A stretch of 60,738 bases of DNA, filler included. It is 4 parts of 4 records of this genome, joined end to end, with 100 filler letters (N's around TTAATTAATTAA, not from the genome) between each part and the next. Parts side by side here need not be neighbours in the genome. Positions count along the whole stretch, not along the records: positions 44,687 to 60,738 come from SRR31156797_5380; 3 more parts are not named here. One strand, given 5' to 3'. The notes below the pieces were generated by a model that was not told where the DNA came from, ran no database searches, and worked only from the letters and a program-made list of their open reading frames with translations. Positions 47,597 to 56,599 of this stretch are shown in pieces (positions within the stretch are counted from its first letter, which is position 1; each line of letters begins with the position of its first letter). The translations under genes were made by a program, and so were the position numbers.

Positions 47597-49105
47597 TTAT
47601 CTCCAGAATTTCCCATAAACATCCACAAAATTCACAAAGGTCTGCGGGTAAAACCCGATGAGGATGGAAATAATGGCGATCATAAACATGGGGACCACCA
47701 TGGTTTTAGGCGCTTCAGAATATTGGTCCAGATCAACACTTTTGACGGGAGGCATGAAAAACCCCCGGATCACGATGGGGCCGAAGTAGGCCATGTTCAA
47801 CAGGACGCTTGCCAGGATCACCAGCATGAGCACCGTCTGCCCCGCATCGGTGGCCCCGGTGATCAGATAAAATTTACTCAAAAAGCCACTGGCCGGCGCC
47901 AGCCCGATAAAGGATAGGGTGGCCAGGGCAAAGGCGCCGAAAGTCCAGGGCATACGGCGCCCGAGCCCGTTCATGAGGCTGATTTTCTTGGAACCGGTCA
48001 CCACCATGATGCAGCCGGCGGCAAAAAACAGGGTGATTTTGGGAAAGGCATCGTGGGCTATGGCCGAGACGCCCCCTTCCACCCCGCCCTGGGTCAGCAT
48101 GGCAACACCCATGACAATATAGGAAAGGTGGCTCACCGTGCTGTAGGCAATCCGCGCCTTGATGTCGTCCTTGGTGAGCGCGATCAGGGCCGCCGCGATG
48201 ATGGTGAATCCCGCCACATAGGCCGTTGGCATGCCCAGCCCCAGGTCATGGAGGGAATCCAGGCCGAAGCAGGAGAGCATGATCCGGCACACGGAAAAGG
48301 CGCCCGCCTTGACCACGGCCACCGCATGGAGAAGACCTGACACCGGCGTGGGCGCCACCATGGCGGACGGCAGCCAGCTGTGCAGCGGCATCATGGCCGT
48401 CTTGGTGAGACCCGCCAAAAACAGGATATAGACCACAATGAGCAGTATTGGATTGGCCTCCTCCGGAAAAATCCCCTTGTGGATGTCCCCCAGCTGAAAA
48501 TCGAGGGTTCCGCACAACACGTAGGTGATGATCATGGCCGGCAGGAAAAAGAGCTTGGAGGTACCCAGCAGATAGACCAGGTATTTCTTGCCCGCCTCGA
48601 AGGCCTCTTTACTCTGATAATGGGCCACCAACGGGTACGTAAAGAGGGTGATGATTTCATAAAAAAGATAAAGGGTGAAAATATTACCCGCAAAAGCCAC
48701 TCCCTGGGCCCCGAAAACGGCCACCCCGAAACAGATGTAATACCGCGTCTGTGCATGCTCTTTGAGGGTTCGCATGTAGCCGATGTTGTAACTGGTGGTG
48801 AGGATCCACAGGAAAGATGAAATCAGGGCAAAAACCATGCTCAGGCCGTCGGCGCAAAAACTTAACGTGATGCCGGGGAGGATCCGAAACAGGGTGTAGG
48901 TATAGATTTTCCCTTCCAGAATGCCGGGGGCCATGGAAACCACGGCCAGAAAAGCGATGGATGCGAAAACAAAGGAGACACCCTCCCGGCGGTTTTCGTT
49001 TTGGGCCATGAGCCGAATGAGAAAGGGGGCTAAAAATGTAACCGCCACCGGGATAAGCGGGCGGATGCTGTCAATGATGTCAGGATTCGGAATCAACTCA
49101 ATCAC
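47597..49105 (-). CDS. MrpD-like monovalent cation/H+ antiporter subunit
   Basis: LYLFYEII; KTAMMPLHSWLPSAMVAPTPVS; VVKAG; IAYSTVS; GFLSK. Confidence 0.9.
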   Translation of the reverse strand: MIELIPNPDIIDSIRPLIPVAVTFLAPFLIRLMAQNENRREGVSFVFASIAFLAVVSMAPGILEGKIYTYTLFRILPGITLSFCADGLSMVFALISSFLWILTTSYNIGYMRTLKEHAQTRYYICFGVAVFGAQGVAFAGNIFTLYLFYEIITLFTYPLVAHYQSKEAFEAGKKYLVYLLGTSKLFFLPAMIITYVLCGTLDFQLGDIHKGIFPEEANPILLIVVYILFLAGLTKTAMMPLHSWLPSAMVAPTPVSGLLHAVAVVKAGAFSVCRIMLSCFGLDSLHDLGLGMPTAYVAGFTIIAAALIALTKDDIKARIAYSTVSHLSYIVMGVAMLTQGGVEGGVSAIAHDAFPKITLFFAAGCIMVVTGSKKISLMNGLGRRMPWTFGAFALATLSFIGLAPASGFLSKFYLITGATDAGQTVLMLVILASVLLNMAYFGPIVIRGFFMPPVKSVDLDQYSEAPKTMVVPMFMIAIISILIGFYPQTFVNFVDVYGKFWR

Positions 49106-49410
49106 CCTCTCATTTGAGAGATACCATCGGCTTTTGAACGCTTAAATCGGTTGACCACCACCAGTATGATGGCCAGCATCAGTGTTGCTTCGGCGGCCGC
49201 AAGACCCATGACAAAAAGTGCTGTCAGCTGGCCCGTAACCGCGTCACCTTCGGTGAGCTGGGCCGCCGCCACAATGGAAAGTCCGGCGCCGTTAAGCATC
49301 AACTCCAGGGCGATGAACATCCCCACCAGGGTCTTACGCCGGACAAGACCGAAGAGCCCCACACAGAAGAGGAACACGCCCACCAGTTGAAACAGCGTAA
49401 GATCGGTCAT
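49102..49410 (-). CDS. nuoK: Complex I-like subunit K
   Basis: IALELMLNG; LAAAEA; three TM segments; ends MRG. Confidence 0.92.
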   Translation of the reverse strand: MTDLTLFQLVGVFLFCVGLFGLVRRKTLVGMFIALELMLNGAGLSIVAAAQLTEGDAVTGQLTALFVMGLAAAEATLMLAIILVVVNRFKRSKADGISQMRG

Positions 49411-49919
49411 TTGCTGCCCCCCCGCTTCCGCCAGGCCGCCAGCACCGCACCGGCCATGGCCGCAAAAAGCACCACGGAAATCAACTCGAAAGGGAGCAGA
49501 TAAGCGCCGAGCATTGCTTCACCCAGCAATCGGGGCGCCACATTCGGCGCCACATTCAGCGCCGTGGCGGGATGCCGGATAATGATAAGGGAAAGGATCA
49601 CCGCCGGCACCAGCAAACAGGCAAAGGCATTCACCGTTTTACGAAAAGAAACGGAACCGGCTTCATCCCCTTCGGTGGATGCTCTGGAGAGCATGATGGC
49701 AAAAAAGATGAGCACGCTGACACCCCCCACATAGATGAGGACCTGCATAAAAGCGATGAAGGGCGCTGCCAGCAACAGATACATGCCCGCCACGGCGATC
49801 ATTACGGCAATGAGGCCCACAAGGGCACGCACCAGATTTTTGGAAGTGACGGCCACCATGGAACCTACGCAAATGATGAGGCAGTAGAAGGCGAAAGCGG
49901 TTTTGGCCAGGATTTCCAT
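49407..49919 (-). CDS. nuoJ: Complex I-like subunit J
   Basis: QVLIYVGGVSVLIFFAIML; YLLPFELISVVL. Confidence 0.93.
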   Translation of the reverse strand: MEILAKTAFAFYCLIICVGSMVAVTSKNLVRALVGLIAVMIAVAGMYLLLAAPFIAFMQVLIYVGGVSVLIFFAIMLSRASTEGDEAGSVSFRKTVNAFACLLVPAVILSLIIIRHPATALNVAPNVAPRLLGEAMLGAYLLPFELISVVLFAAMAGAVLAAWRKRGGSK

Positions 49920-50438
49920 TTATTCGGTCTTTTTTGGGTTGCCGGTTGCCGGTTTACGGTTTTTAAATCTCTCAAGCAAATCAAATTCGAACGTCACTTT
50001 ATGGGTGCTTGCGGAATATGGGTTTCCCGAAAACCGGATAGCCCCTTTGGGGCAGTTTTCCGCGCACAGGCCGCACTGGCAGCACAGGGTGTAGCCATAG
50101 GTGAATTTTCCGGGACCTTTGGGCGCCTTGGAAATTGCCGGTTTTTCCCCGCCAACTCCTGCTTCAGGCTTCGGCGCCTTTTTTTTGACCACCAAAATGG
50201 CCCCCGTGGGGCAGGTGGAAGCACACGTCATGCACGCAATGCACAGGGGTCGCGTGGGATCTTCCGGATTGGGAACCAGCTCAATGGGTCCACGGAAGGT
50301 TTCAAGGTTGTCAACCTGTCTCCTTGGGTAATGGACGGTGACCTGTTTTGAAAAAAAATAGGCCCCCGTAATCTTGAGACCTTTCACCAGGCTCCAGAGT
50401 CCCAGAACGTCTTCCCCCATTTTTTTCAGTGCATTCAT
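49920..50438 (-). CDS. nuoI: Complex I-like subunit I, 2x[4Fe-4S]
   Basis: VTVHYP; FRG; CIACMTCASTCP; CCQCGLCAENCP. Confidence 0.9.
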   Translation of the reverse strand: MNALKKMGEDVLGLWSLVKGLKITGAYFFSKQVTVHYPRRQVDNLETFRGPIELVPNPEDPTRPLCIACMTCASTCPTGAILVVKKKAPKPEAGVGGEKPAISKAPKGPGKFTYGYTLCCQCGLCAENCPKGAIRFSGNPYSASTHKVTFEFDLLERFKNRKPATGNPKKTE

Positions 50439-50503
50439 ACTGTTATACTTTAAATCTCACACAAAAAATCATAATTAATATTTCAAAGCCCTTCTAACCG
50501 CCG

Positions 50504-51475
50504 TTAAAAGAGTTTCATCACCAGGGCCGTGCCCATGAGGTTGAAAAGCGCCAACGGCAACAACCACTTCCAGTTCAAATTGAGCAACTGGTCAAAGCGG
50601 AGACGGGGAAAGGTCCACCGAAACCACATCATGACCAGCAGAAGCACATACATCTTGGCCAAAAACCACCAGAAACCCGGCAGAAAGGGTCCCTGCCAGC
50701 CGCCTAGGAAAAGGGCCGTGCAGACGCTGCAGACCACGATCATGTTGGTGTATTCCGCCAGGAAAAAGAGGCCGAACCCCATGCCCGAATACTCCGTATG
50801 AAAACCGGCGGTCAGTTCACTTTCAGCCTCGGGCAGATCAAAGGGGTTGCGGTTGGTCTCCGCCAAGGCACAGACAAAGAAAATGAAAAAGGCCAGAGGC
50901 TGGGTCATGATGTTCCAATGCCACGGGTACGGCCCCTGGCTCGCCACCATCTCGGACAGGTTCAGGGTGCCGCTGGTAAAGGTCACGGCCAGGACCGCCA
51001 GCAGCAGGGGGATTTCATACCCAACCGCCTGGGCCACGGAACGTGCCGCCCCCAGGATACTCCATTTGTTGTTGGAACCCCAACCGGCCAGGCAAAGGGC
51101 CAGCACATTGATCCCTGAAAATGCCAGAATCAATAGGAATCCCAGATTCACTTCAAATCCGGTAAGGATCGGACCGAAAGGGATGGGCAGCAGCAACAGC
51201 AAGGTGGGTGCAAATGCGGCGATGGGCGCCAGCCAGAACAAAACAGGATCCGCGCCATCGGGTTTGAGGGGCTGTTTTGATAGGAGTTTGATAGCATCCG
51301 CAACGGTTTGAAGCATGCCGTGGGGACCCACCTCAAAGGGGCCCGGCCGCCGATGAACGTGACCCGCCACCTTCCGCTCCAGATAGACCAGAAAGATGAC
51401 ACTGGCGGCCACAAAGAGGGCGGTTGCCACCACCGCAACGATCATCCGGATCAGTTGGATTTCATCAAAGGACAT
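50504..51475 (-). CDS. nuoH: Complex I-like subunit H
   Basis: LERKVAG..R.GP..VGP.G..Q..AD; AETNRNPFDLPEAESEL..GFHTEYSG; PRLRFDQL. Confidence 0.95.
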   Translation of the reverse strand: MSFDEIQLIRMIVAVVATALFVAASVIFLVYLERKVAGHVHRRPGPFEVGPHGMLQTVADAIKLLSKQPLKPDGADPVLFWLAPIAAFAPTLLLLLPIPFGPILTGFEVNLGFLLILAFSGINVLALCLAGWGSNNKWSILGAARSVAQAVGYEIPLLLAVLAVTFTSGTLNLSEMVASQGPYPWHWNIMTQPLAFFIFFVCALAETNRNPFDLPEAESELTAGFHTEYSGMGFGLFFLAEYTNMIVVCSVCTALFLGGWQGPFLPGFWWFLAKMYVLLLVMMWFRWTFPRLRFDQLLNLNWKWLLPLALFNLMGTALVMKLF

Positions 51476-51559
51476 GATGTCTCGTTTACCCTTTTATCTC
51501 TTTAATGCCACCTTCAATTATTGCGCTCAGGTCTGCGCCTGAGCACTCGAATCCGGAGT

Positions 51560-52357
51560 CTATTTCCAATTATTTATAATCCTGGTTAAGGTACCATCCT
51601 TTATCATGTCAGATATTATCTTATCGATTTTATCCAAATCATTTTTGAAAGATGATTTTTTTGAAACACACAATTTAAACTCAGTTGCTTCTAAAACAAC
51701 AGGCAATTCGACTATTTCCTTGCTTAAACCTAGAAGTCGTATATTGTAATTAACAATGGTTGAATCTTCTATAAAGATATCTCCTCTTTTAGCAGCAAGT
51801 TTTTTTAAAACACTATCGATAGAAGGGGAATAATCAGGCGATATCCCGGTTTCTTCAACTAAACGTCTTTCCCCCCAACCGTTTCCAAGGTAATCAAGTA
51901 CTTTAAATTGTCTCAAATCCTCAAAATTTTTAATATTTCTCAATAGTTCGATCTTAGGATTATTAACATGGGTAAAAATAGATTTCTGCATTACAATAAG
52001 GGGTTTCTCGCCAATTTCCGTATATTTCAACCTTTCCGGCGTTGGAGTTGTAATATAGGCATCTTCTTCACCATTATGAACTTGCAGCTGTGCCCGTTTC
52101 CATGGATATTCGGTATATACGATTTTATAACCCAAGCGGTTCCCCAATATTTCTTCCACCATATCAATAAAAACACCTTTAGTTTCCCGTGTCTCTTTAT
52201 CATACCAGTGAAAGGGTTTGTAATCGTCATGGGATAACCTGAAAATTTTCTCAGCTGAATATCCGGGAACAGGTAAACATAGTACAAAGGCCATTATCAC
52301 CATGAATAGGCTTTTGATTTTTCCACAACCAACGATTTTCTTCCTATCGCTTAACAA
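51560..52357 (-). CDS. Family 3 periplasmic solute-binding protein, AT-rich
   Basis: YKPFHW; GVFIDMV; PWKRAQ; TPER; LAAKRGDIFI; MIKDGTLTRIINNW; signal peptide. Confidence 0.85.
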   Translation of the reverse strand: MLSDRKKIVGCGKIKSLFMVIMAFVLCLPVPGYSAEKIFRLSHDDYKPFHWYDKETRETKGVFIDMVEEILGNRLGYKIVYTEYPWKRAQLQVHNGEEDAYITTPTPERLKYTEIGEKPLIVMQKSIFTHVNNPKIELLRNIKNFEDLRQFKVLDYLGNGWGERRLVEETGISPDYSPSIDSVLKKLAAKRGDIFIEDSTIVNYNIRLLGLSKEIVELPVVLEATEFKLCVSKKSSFKNDLDKIDKIISDMIKDGTLTRIINNWK

Positions 52358-52441
52358 AACAATTTCCCCTCTTGAGGGAGGGCGAAGATGAATACATTGA
52401 GAAACAGATTCAGGATCAAAGTCAAGAAGTATGGTTTTGTG

Positions 52442-52543
52442 TTAATGAGGTCCAAAAAAACGATCTCCATTAAAATGGATCATGTAATCCGGGTTGTCCG
52501 CCATCCAGACCTCGGTTTCCCATGCGATATCTGCTGCATTTTT
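52442..52543 (-). pseudogene. C-terminal remnant of a BsuBI/PstI-family restriction endonuclease
   Basis: Reads [33 protein letters not shown], matching the family C-terminus as I recall it ([20 protein letters not shown]). Confidence 0.8.
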
Positions 52544-52676
52544 GTTGTCTTACAGCATTCATATAAGGATGCATTCTGCTACAGAAATAATCTTGATTTA
52601 AGGTTATGTCAAAAACCCCTTCAAAATTATGCATCCCCATGGCATCCAAAATAAATAGCCCATTAGCTTCTCACTT

Positions 52677-53840
52677 TCACCGGTCAATCTCAGGGATCAC
52701 CAGATCCAGGCTCCCCAGAATGGACACCGCATCCTGAAGGAGGTGGCCTTCTGCCAGTTCGCCAAAAAGGCTCAGGTTGCTGAACCCGGGCGAGCGCAAT
52801 TTGACGCGATAGGGATGTTTATCACCGTTTGAAATCAGATACACGCCGATCTTTCCCCTCGCCCCTTCCACGGCGAAATAGACCTCCCCCTTGGGGGCCT
52901 TCCATCTTGGTTTGGGCGCTTTTTTGACAATATGCGCCCCTTCCGGAATCCGGTTTACGGCCTGTTCGATGATATTGAGGCTTTCAGACAGTTCCGCCAT
53001 GCGGACCCGGTACCGGCCCATGGCATCCCCCTTTTCATCAACGGGTATCTGGTAGTCAAACCGATCGTATATGGAATAGGGTTCGGCTTTTCGAATGTCA
53101 TAGGGACGATTGGATCCTCTGATAACCGGGCCGGTGGCGCCGTATTTCCGGCACATGTCAAGGGAAAGCACCCCCACATTCTCACATCGTTTACGGAAAA
53201 TAATATTGTCCGTCACCAGATCCCGGTACATGGAAAGCCTCTTTCTCATATATTTCACAAAGGCAAGGGTATCTTTCAGAAAAGAATCGGTAACATCCGT
53301 TGCCACCCCGCCGGGCCGGAAAAAACTGTAGGTGAGGCGCGACCCCGAAATGGGTTGGAGGAGATCCAGAATTTTTTCCCGATCTTCAAAGGCGTACATG
53401 ATGGGGGTAAAGGCCCCCAAATCCAGAATGTAGGCGCCGAACCAGACAAGATGTGAGGATATGCGGTTCAGTTCCCCGGTGATGACCCGGATGAATTCGG
53501 CCCGTTCAGGCACTTCAATGCCGGCCAGACGCTCCAGGGCCCCCACCCAGGCCCAGTTCCATCCCAGGGGGTTCAGGTAATCCACGCGACCCATGTTGGG
53601 CATGTATTGCACACAGGTCCTGATCTCCGCCATTTTTTCATGCATCCGGTGGAGATATCCGATGACGGGCGTAGCCCTTACGATGTATTCGCCCTCCAGG
53701 ACCAGTACCACCCGAAGGACCCCGTGGGTGGACGGGTGTTGCGGACCCATGTTGATGACGAGGGTCCGTTCACCGTCCACATCCGCCGCAAAATCGGCGT
53801 ATCCGGTTGAAAATTTACGTGATTCGGAGGATTCTTTCAT
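52677..53840 (-). CDS. nuoD: Complex I-like subunit D
   Basis: GPQHPSTHGVLR; GYLHR..EK; RVDYL; ELNRISSHL; SLDLVIPEIDR; no NiFe CxxC motifs. Confidence 0.95.
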   Translation of the reverse strand: MKESSESRKFSTGYADFAADVDGERTLVINMGPQHPSTHGVLRVVLVLEGEYIVRATPVIGYLHRMHEKMAEIRTCVQYMPNMGRVDYLNPLGWNWAWVGALERLAGIEVPERAEFIRVITGELNRISSHLVWFGAYILDLGAFTPIMYAFEDREKILDLLQPISGSRLTYSFFRPGGVATDVTDSFLKDTLAFVKYMRKRLSMYRDLVTDNIIFRKRCENVGVLSLDMCRKYGATGPVIRGSNRPYDIRKAEPYSIYDRFDYQIPVDEKGDAMGRYRVRMAELSESLNIIEQAVNRIPEGAHIVKKAPKPRWKAPKGEVYFAVEGARGKIGVYLISNGDKHPYRVKLRSPGFSNLSLFGELAEGHLLQDAVSILGSLDLVIPEIDR

Positions 53841-54400
53841 GATTCCCCGTCCGTGGCCTTCCCTCCTTGCCCCCCGGGTTTCGATTCACGGGTAGGCGGA
53901 TCGGTTTTTTCAAAAAAGAGAAAGCCGGGAGCCTTTTCCACCATTTCCCCCGGGTCCAGAAGATCCATTAACGGGACACGGTTTTTGTTTTCTTTAATAA
54001 GGGGATGATCCGTCATGTCTTCGGGCAGAAGCAGAGGCTTCGGATCCGGGTGACCGGTGAAGTGAATGCCGAAAAAATCCATTGTTTCCCGTTCATGCCA
54101 TAAGGCGCCGCTGTAAACAGCACTGATGGAAGGTATTTGGGGATCGTCATGGGGCAGGATCACATAGAGTGCCACCCTGTCCGGGCCCATATAGGGGCTC
54201 AAATGGTACACCGCCACAAACCCATCCTCACTGTCCAGGCCCGAGATATCCTCCAGGAAAAACCCGGATTGAAACAGGCGCCGGGCCGCATCCACCAGAG
54301 CGTCGGGGGAAAGGAAGAGACCCCAGGCGACCCCCGCCTTTTCAAAAGAGTGCCGGCACTTGCAAAGGGTCTTGAGTCCGTCCATCCACAGGGGCGTCAT
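53837..54400 (-). CDS. nuoC: Complex I-like subunit C
   Basis: [41 protein letters not shown]. Confidence 0.93.
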   Translation of the reverse strand: MTPLWMDGLKTLCKCRHSFEKAGVAWGLFLSPDALVDAARRLFQSGFFLEDISGLDSEDGFVAVYHLSPYMGPDRVALYVILPHDDPQIPSISAVYSGALWHERETMDFFGIHFTGHPDPKPLLLPEDMTDHPLIKENKNRVPLMDLLDPGEMVEKAPGFLFFEKTDPPTRESKPGGQGGKATDGES

Positions 54401-54945
54401 GGTTTATTGACCTCGGACGGTTCCGGCCACCAGCGGCGACCGGTGATTTTTTTCTGCAGCTCAAACAGACCTTCCAGGAGCGCTTCCGGCCGGGCCGGAC
54501 ACCCGGGCACATAAACGTCCACGGGGATTATTGTGTCCACCCCTTCCACCACGGAGTATTGTCCCGGAAACTTGAAAGGGCCTCCCGATATGGCGCAGTT
54601 TCCCATGGCAATCACCCATTTCGGCGCGGGCATCTGATCGTAAAGGCGCTCGATGGCCGGCGCCAGTTTATGGGTCACGGTACCCGCCACGATCATCAGG
54701 TCCGACTGCCGGGGGGACGGTCGAAACACCTCGGCGCCGAAACGGGCCAAGTCGAACCTTGCCATGCCCGCGGACATCATCTCAATGGCGCAACAGGCAA
54801 GTCCGAAGGTCATGGGCCACAAGGACATGGACCGGCACACATCTTTCAACTTCTCCGCCAGTTCAAGTCGGAAAATGGGAGGTGCCCAGGATCCCGACCC
54901 TTGCGTTACACCGGTTCCAGTTAGTAAAGGAGCTTCCGAGGCCAC
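54397..54945 (-). CDS. nuoB: Complex I-like subunit B
   Basis: [37 protein letters not shown] at 54945 overlapping the nuoA end chosen over 55167. Confidence 0.92.
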   Translation of the reverse strand: MASEAPLLTGTGVTQGSGSWAPPIFRLELAEKLKDVCRSMSLWPMTFGLACCAIEMMSAGMARFDLARFGAEVFRPSPRQSDLMIVAGTVTHKLAPAIERLYDQMPAPKWVIAMGNCAISGGPFKFPGQYSVVEGVDTIIPVDVYVPGCPARPEALLEGLFELQKKITGRRWWPEPSEVNKP

Positions 54946-55301
54946 TTGAAGACTCCTTTTGCATGAAAAAACAGAACTGCCAGGGCCAGAACCAGAAGGA
55001 AAACAAACACCTTGAAGAAAGCGGAAATACCGGCGGCCTGTGAATAGAAAAGGGCCACGGGGAAAAGGTAAAGCACATCCACCTCGAAGGCCAGAAAGAT
55101 CAGGGCATAAATATAGTAGTTGAGATGAAACCGGATCCGGGCTCCGGCAAGCGGGCGCATGCCACACTCATAGGACATGCCCATCTGTTTGCCCCGTGCC
55201 CGGGGCGAGAGGAAAAAGGCACCGGCCAGGGCGCCTGCGGCCATGAGAAAACCCACGAGAAGGAAAAGAAGGATCGATATGTGTAACCAGTTAAAGACCA
55301 T
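54921..55301 (-). CDS. nuoA: Complex I-like subunit A
   Basis: [27 protein letters not shown]. Confidence 0.93.
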   Translation of the reverse strand: MVFNWLHISILLFLLVGFLMAAGALAGAFFLSPRARGKQMGMSYECGMRPLAGARIRFHLNYYIYALIFLAFEVDVLYLFPVALFYSQAAGISAFFKVFVFLLVLALAVLFFHAKGVFKWPRKLLY

Positions 55302-55357
55302 AAAAATATTCCGGGGCTCTTTTCTGCTGATCCGTCTGGCTTGAATGGTTGCACGCC

Positions 55358-55385
55358 ATCATATCAGGAAACGCGGGTGTTGCAA
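55358..55385 (-). promoter_or_regulatory. Candidate sigma70 promoter of the nuo-like operon
   Basis: TTGCAA-N16-TATGAT with extended TGn. Confidence 0.5.
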
Positions 55386-55467
55386 GGAATAATTTGGGAT
55401 GCCGAATAGGGAGGATATGGTAAATTAAGGGGAGTTCAATGATTTCTTCAGCTTTGAATATTTCTGG

Positions 55468-55496
55468 TTGACACCGTCGGGAGGGTACTCTAATCT
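55468..55496 (+). promoter_or_regulatory. Candidate sigma70 promoter of dsrMKJOP
   Basis: TTGACA-N17-TAATCT. Confidence 0.65.
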
Positions 55497-55575
55497 TTTG
55501 ATTTAAGCATGAATCCTGGAAAATCCGACGCACTTCCGATTAAGACGCTGTTTGGTTGTACGGGGGATCACGGTT

Positions 55576-56595
55576 ATGGGTATGGCGTACGCATTGATCC
55601 TTGTCATGGGCCTTGTTCTGGTAGCCTGGGTCGGGGTCCAGGGGTTTGGACTGGCCTACCTATTCGGCGTCCTGATCCCCTACGCTGCCATGATCATCTT
55701 TTTTCTGGGTGTTCTGGCCCGTTTGTTCAAGTGGGCCCGCATCCCCAATCCCTTTGTTATTCCCACCACCGGAGGCCAGCAGAAAAGCCTCCACTGGATC
55801 AAACCATCCGGACTGGATAACCCTTTCACGCAAGGACAGGCCCTGGGCAGGCTCTTTGCCGAAGTTTTTCTGTTCAGGAGCCTTTTTCGAAATCTCTCGT
55901 CAAGGATCGATCATCAAGAACCGACGCTGAGTTTTGCATCGGCCAAATGGCTCTGGCTGTTTGCCATTTTGTTCCATTATGCCCTGATGGTCACGGTTTT
56001 CAGGCATCTCAGGTTTTTCACGAACCCCGTCCCCTGGCCCGTGAAAATGGCGGAAGCCCTGGACGGGTGGCTTGAAGTGGGAATCCCGGAGATCCTGGTG
56101 AGTGGTCTGGTCCTGCTCATGGCCGTTAGTTTGCTCCTGGCCCGGCGGATTTTCATGCCCAGGTTGCGATACATTTCTCTTCTAAACGACTATTTCCCCC
56201 TTTTTTTGCTCATGGGTATCGCCGGTACGGGGGCGCTCATGCGCTACGTGGTAGGGATTGACGCGAGCGGCGCCAAACAGTTGGCCATGGGTCTTATTTC
56301 GTTTAAGCCCGTGATCCCCGAGGGGATCGGCCCCCTTTTTTTCGTGCACCTCTTTCTGGTCTGCACGCTTTTGGCATACTTCCCTTTCAGCAAATTGATG
56401 CACGCGGGGGGCATTTTCTTTTCCCCCACCCGAACCATGCCCAACAACAGCCGGGCCGTATATCATGAAAACCCTTGGAACTATCCGGTGAAATTTCACA
56501 CCTACCAGGCCTATGAAACCGAGTTTCACCATAAAATGGTGGAAGCGGGCATTCCCCTGGACCGGCCGGAGACCCCCTTAAACGGAAAGGAATAA
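55576..56595 (+). CDS. dsrM: DsrM membrane cytochrome b
   Basis: PTTGGQQKSL.WIK..LDNP; FLFRSLFRN; FHY, RHLRFF, VHLFLV, YFPFSKLMH..G..SPTR; ATG at 55576 preferred. Confidence 0.95.
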   Translation: MGMAYALILVMGLVLVAWVGVQGFGLAYLFGVLIPYAAMIIFFLGVLARLFKWARIPNPFVIPTTGGQQKSLHWIKPSGLDNPFTQGQALGRLFAEVFLFRSLFRNLSSRIDHQEPTLSFASAKWLWLFAILFHYALMVTVFRHLRFFTNPVPWPVKMAEALDGWLEVGIPEILVSGLVLLMAVSLLLARRIFMPRLRYISLLNDYFPLFLLMGIAGTGALMRYVVGIDASGAKQLAMGLISFKPVIPEGIGPLFFVHLFLVCTLLAYFPFSKLMHAGGIFFSPTRTMPNNSRAVYHENPWNYPVKFHTYQAYETEFHHKMVEAGIPLDRPETPLNGKE

Positions 56596-56599
56596 TCCC

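Noticed and set aside
50439-50503. AT-rich spacer between nuoH and nuoI as an internal promoter or Rex site
   Set aside because: No convincing -35/-10 pair or Rex palindrome
52388-52654. 88-aa plus-strand ORF in the nuo insert
   Set aside because: The opposite strand carries the recognisable endonuclease remnant; this ORF has no features
52677-54945. Group 4 NiFe hydrogenase (Ech/Hyc-like)
   Set aside because: Large subunit lacks both CxxC nickel motifs and has NuoD quinone-site residues
54946-55167. N-terminal extension of NuoB in the ORF track
   Set aside because: Overlaps most of nuoA in another frame; GTG at 54945 gives a normal NuoB
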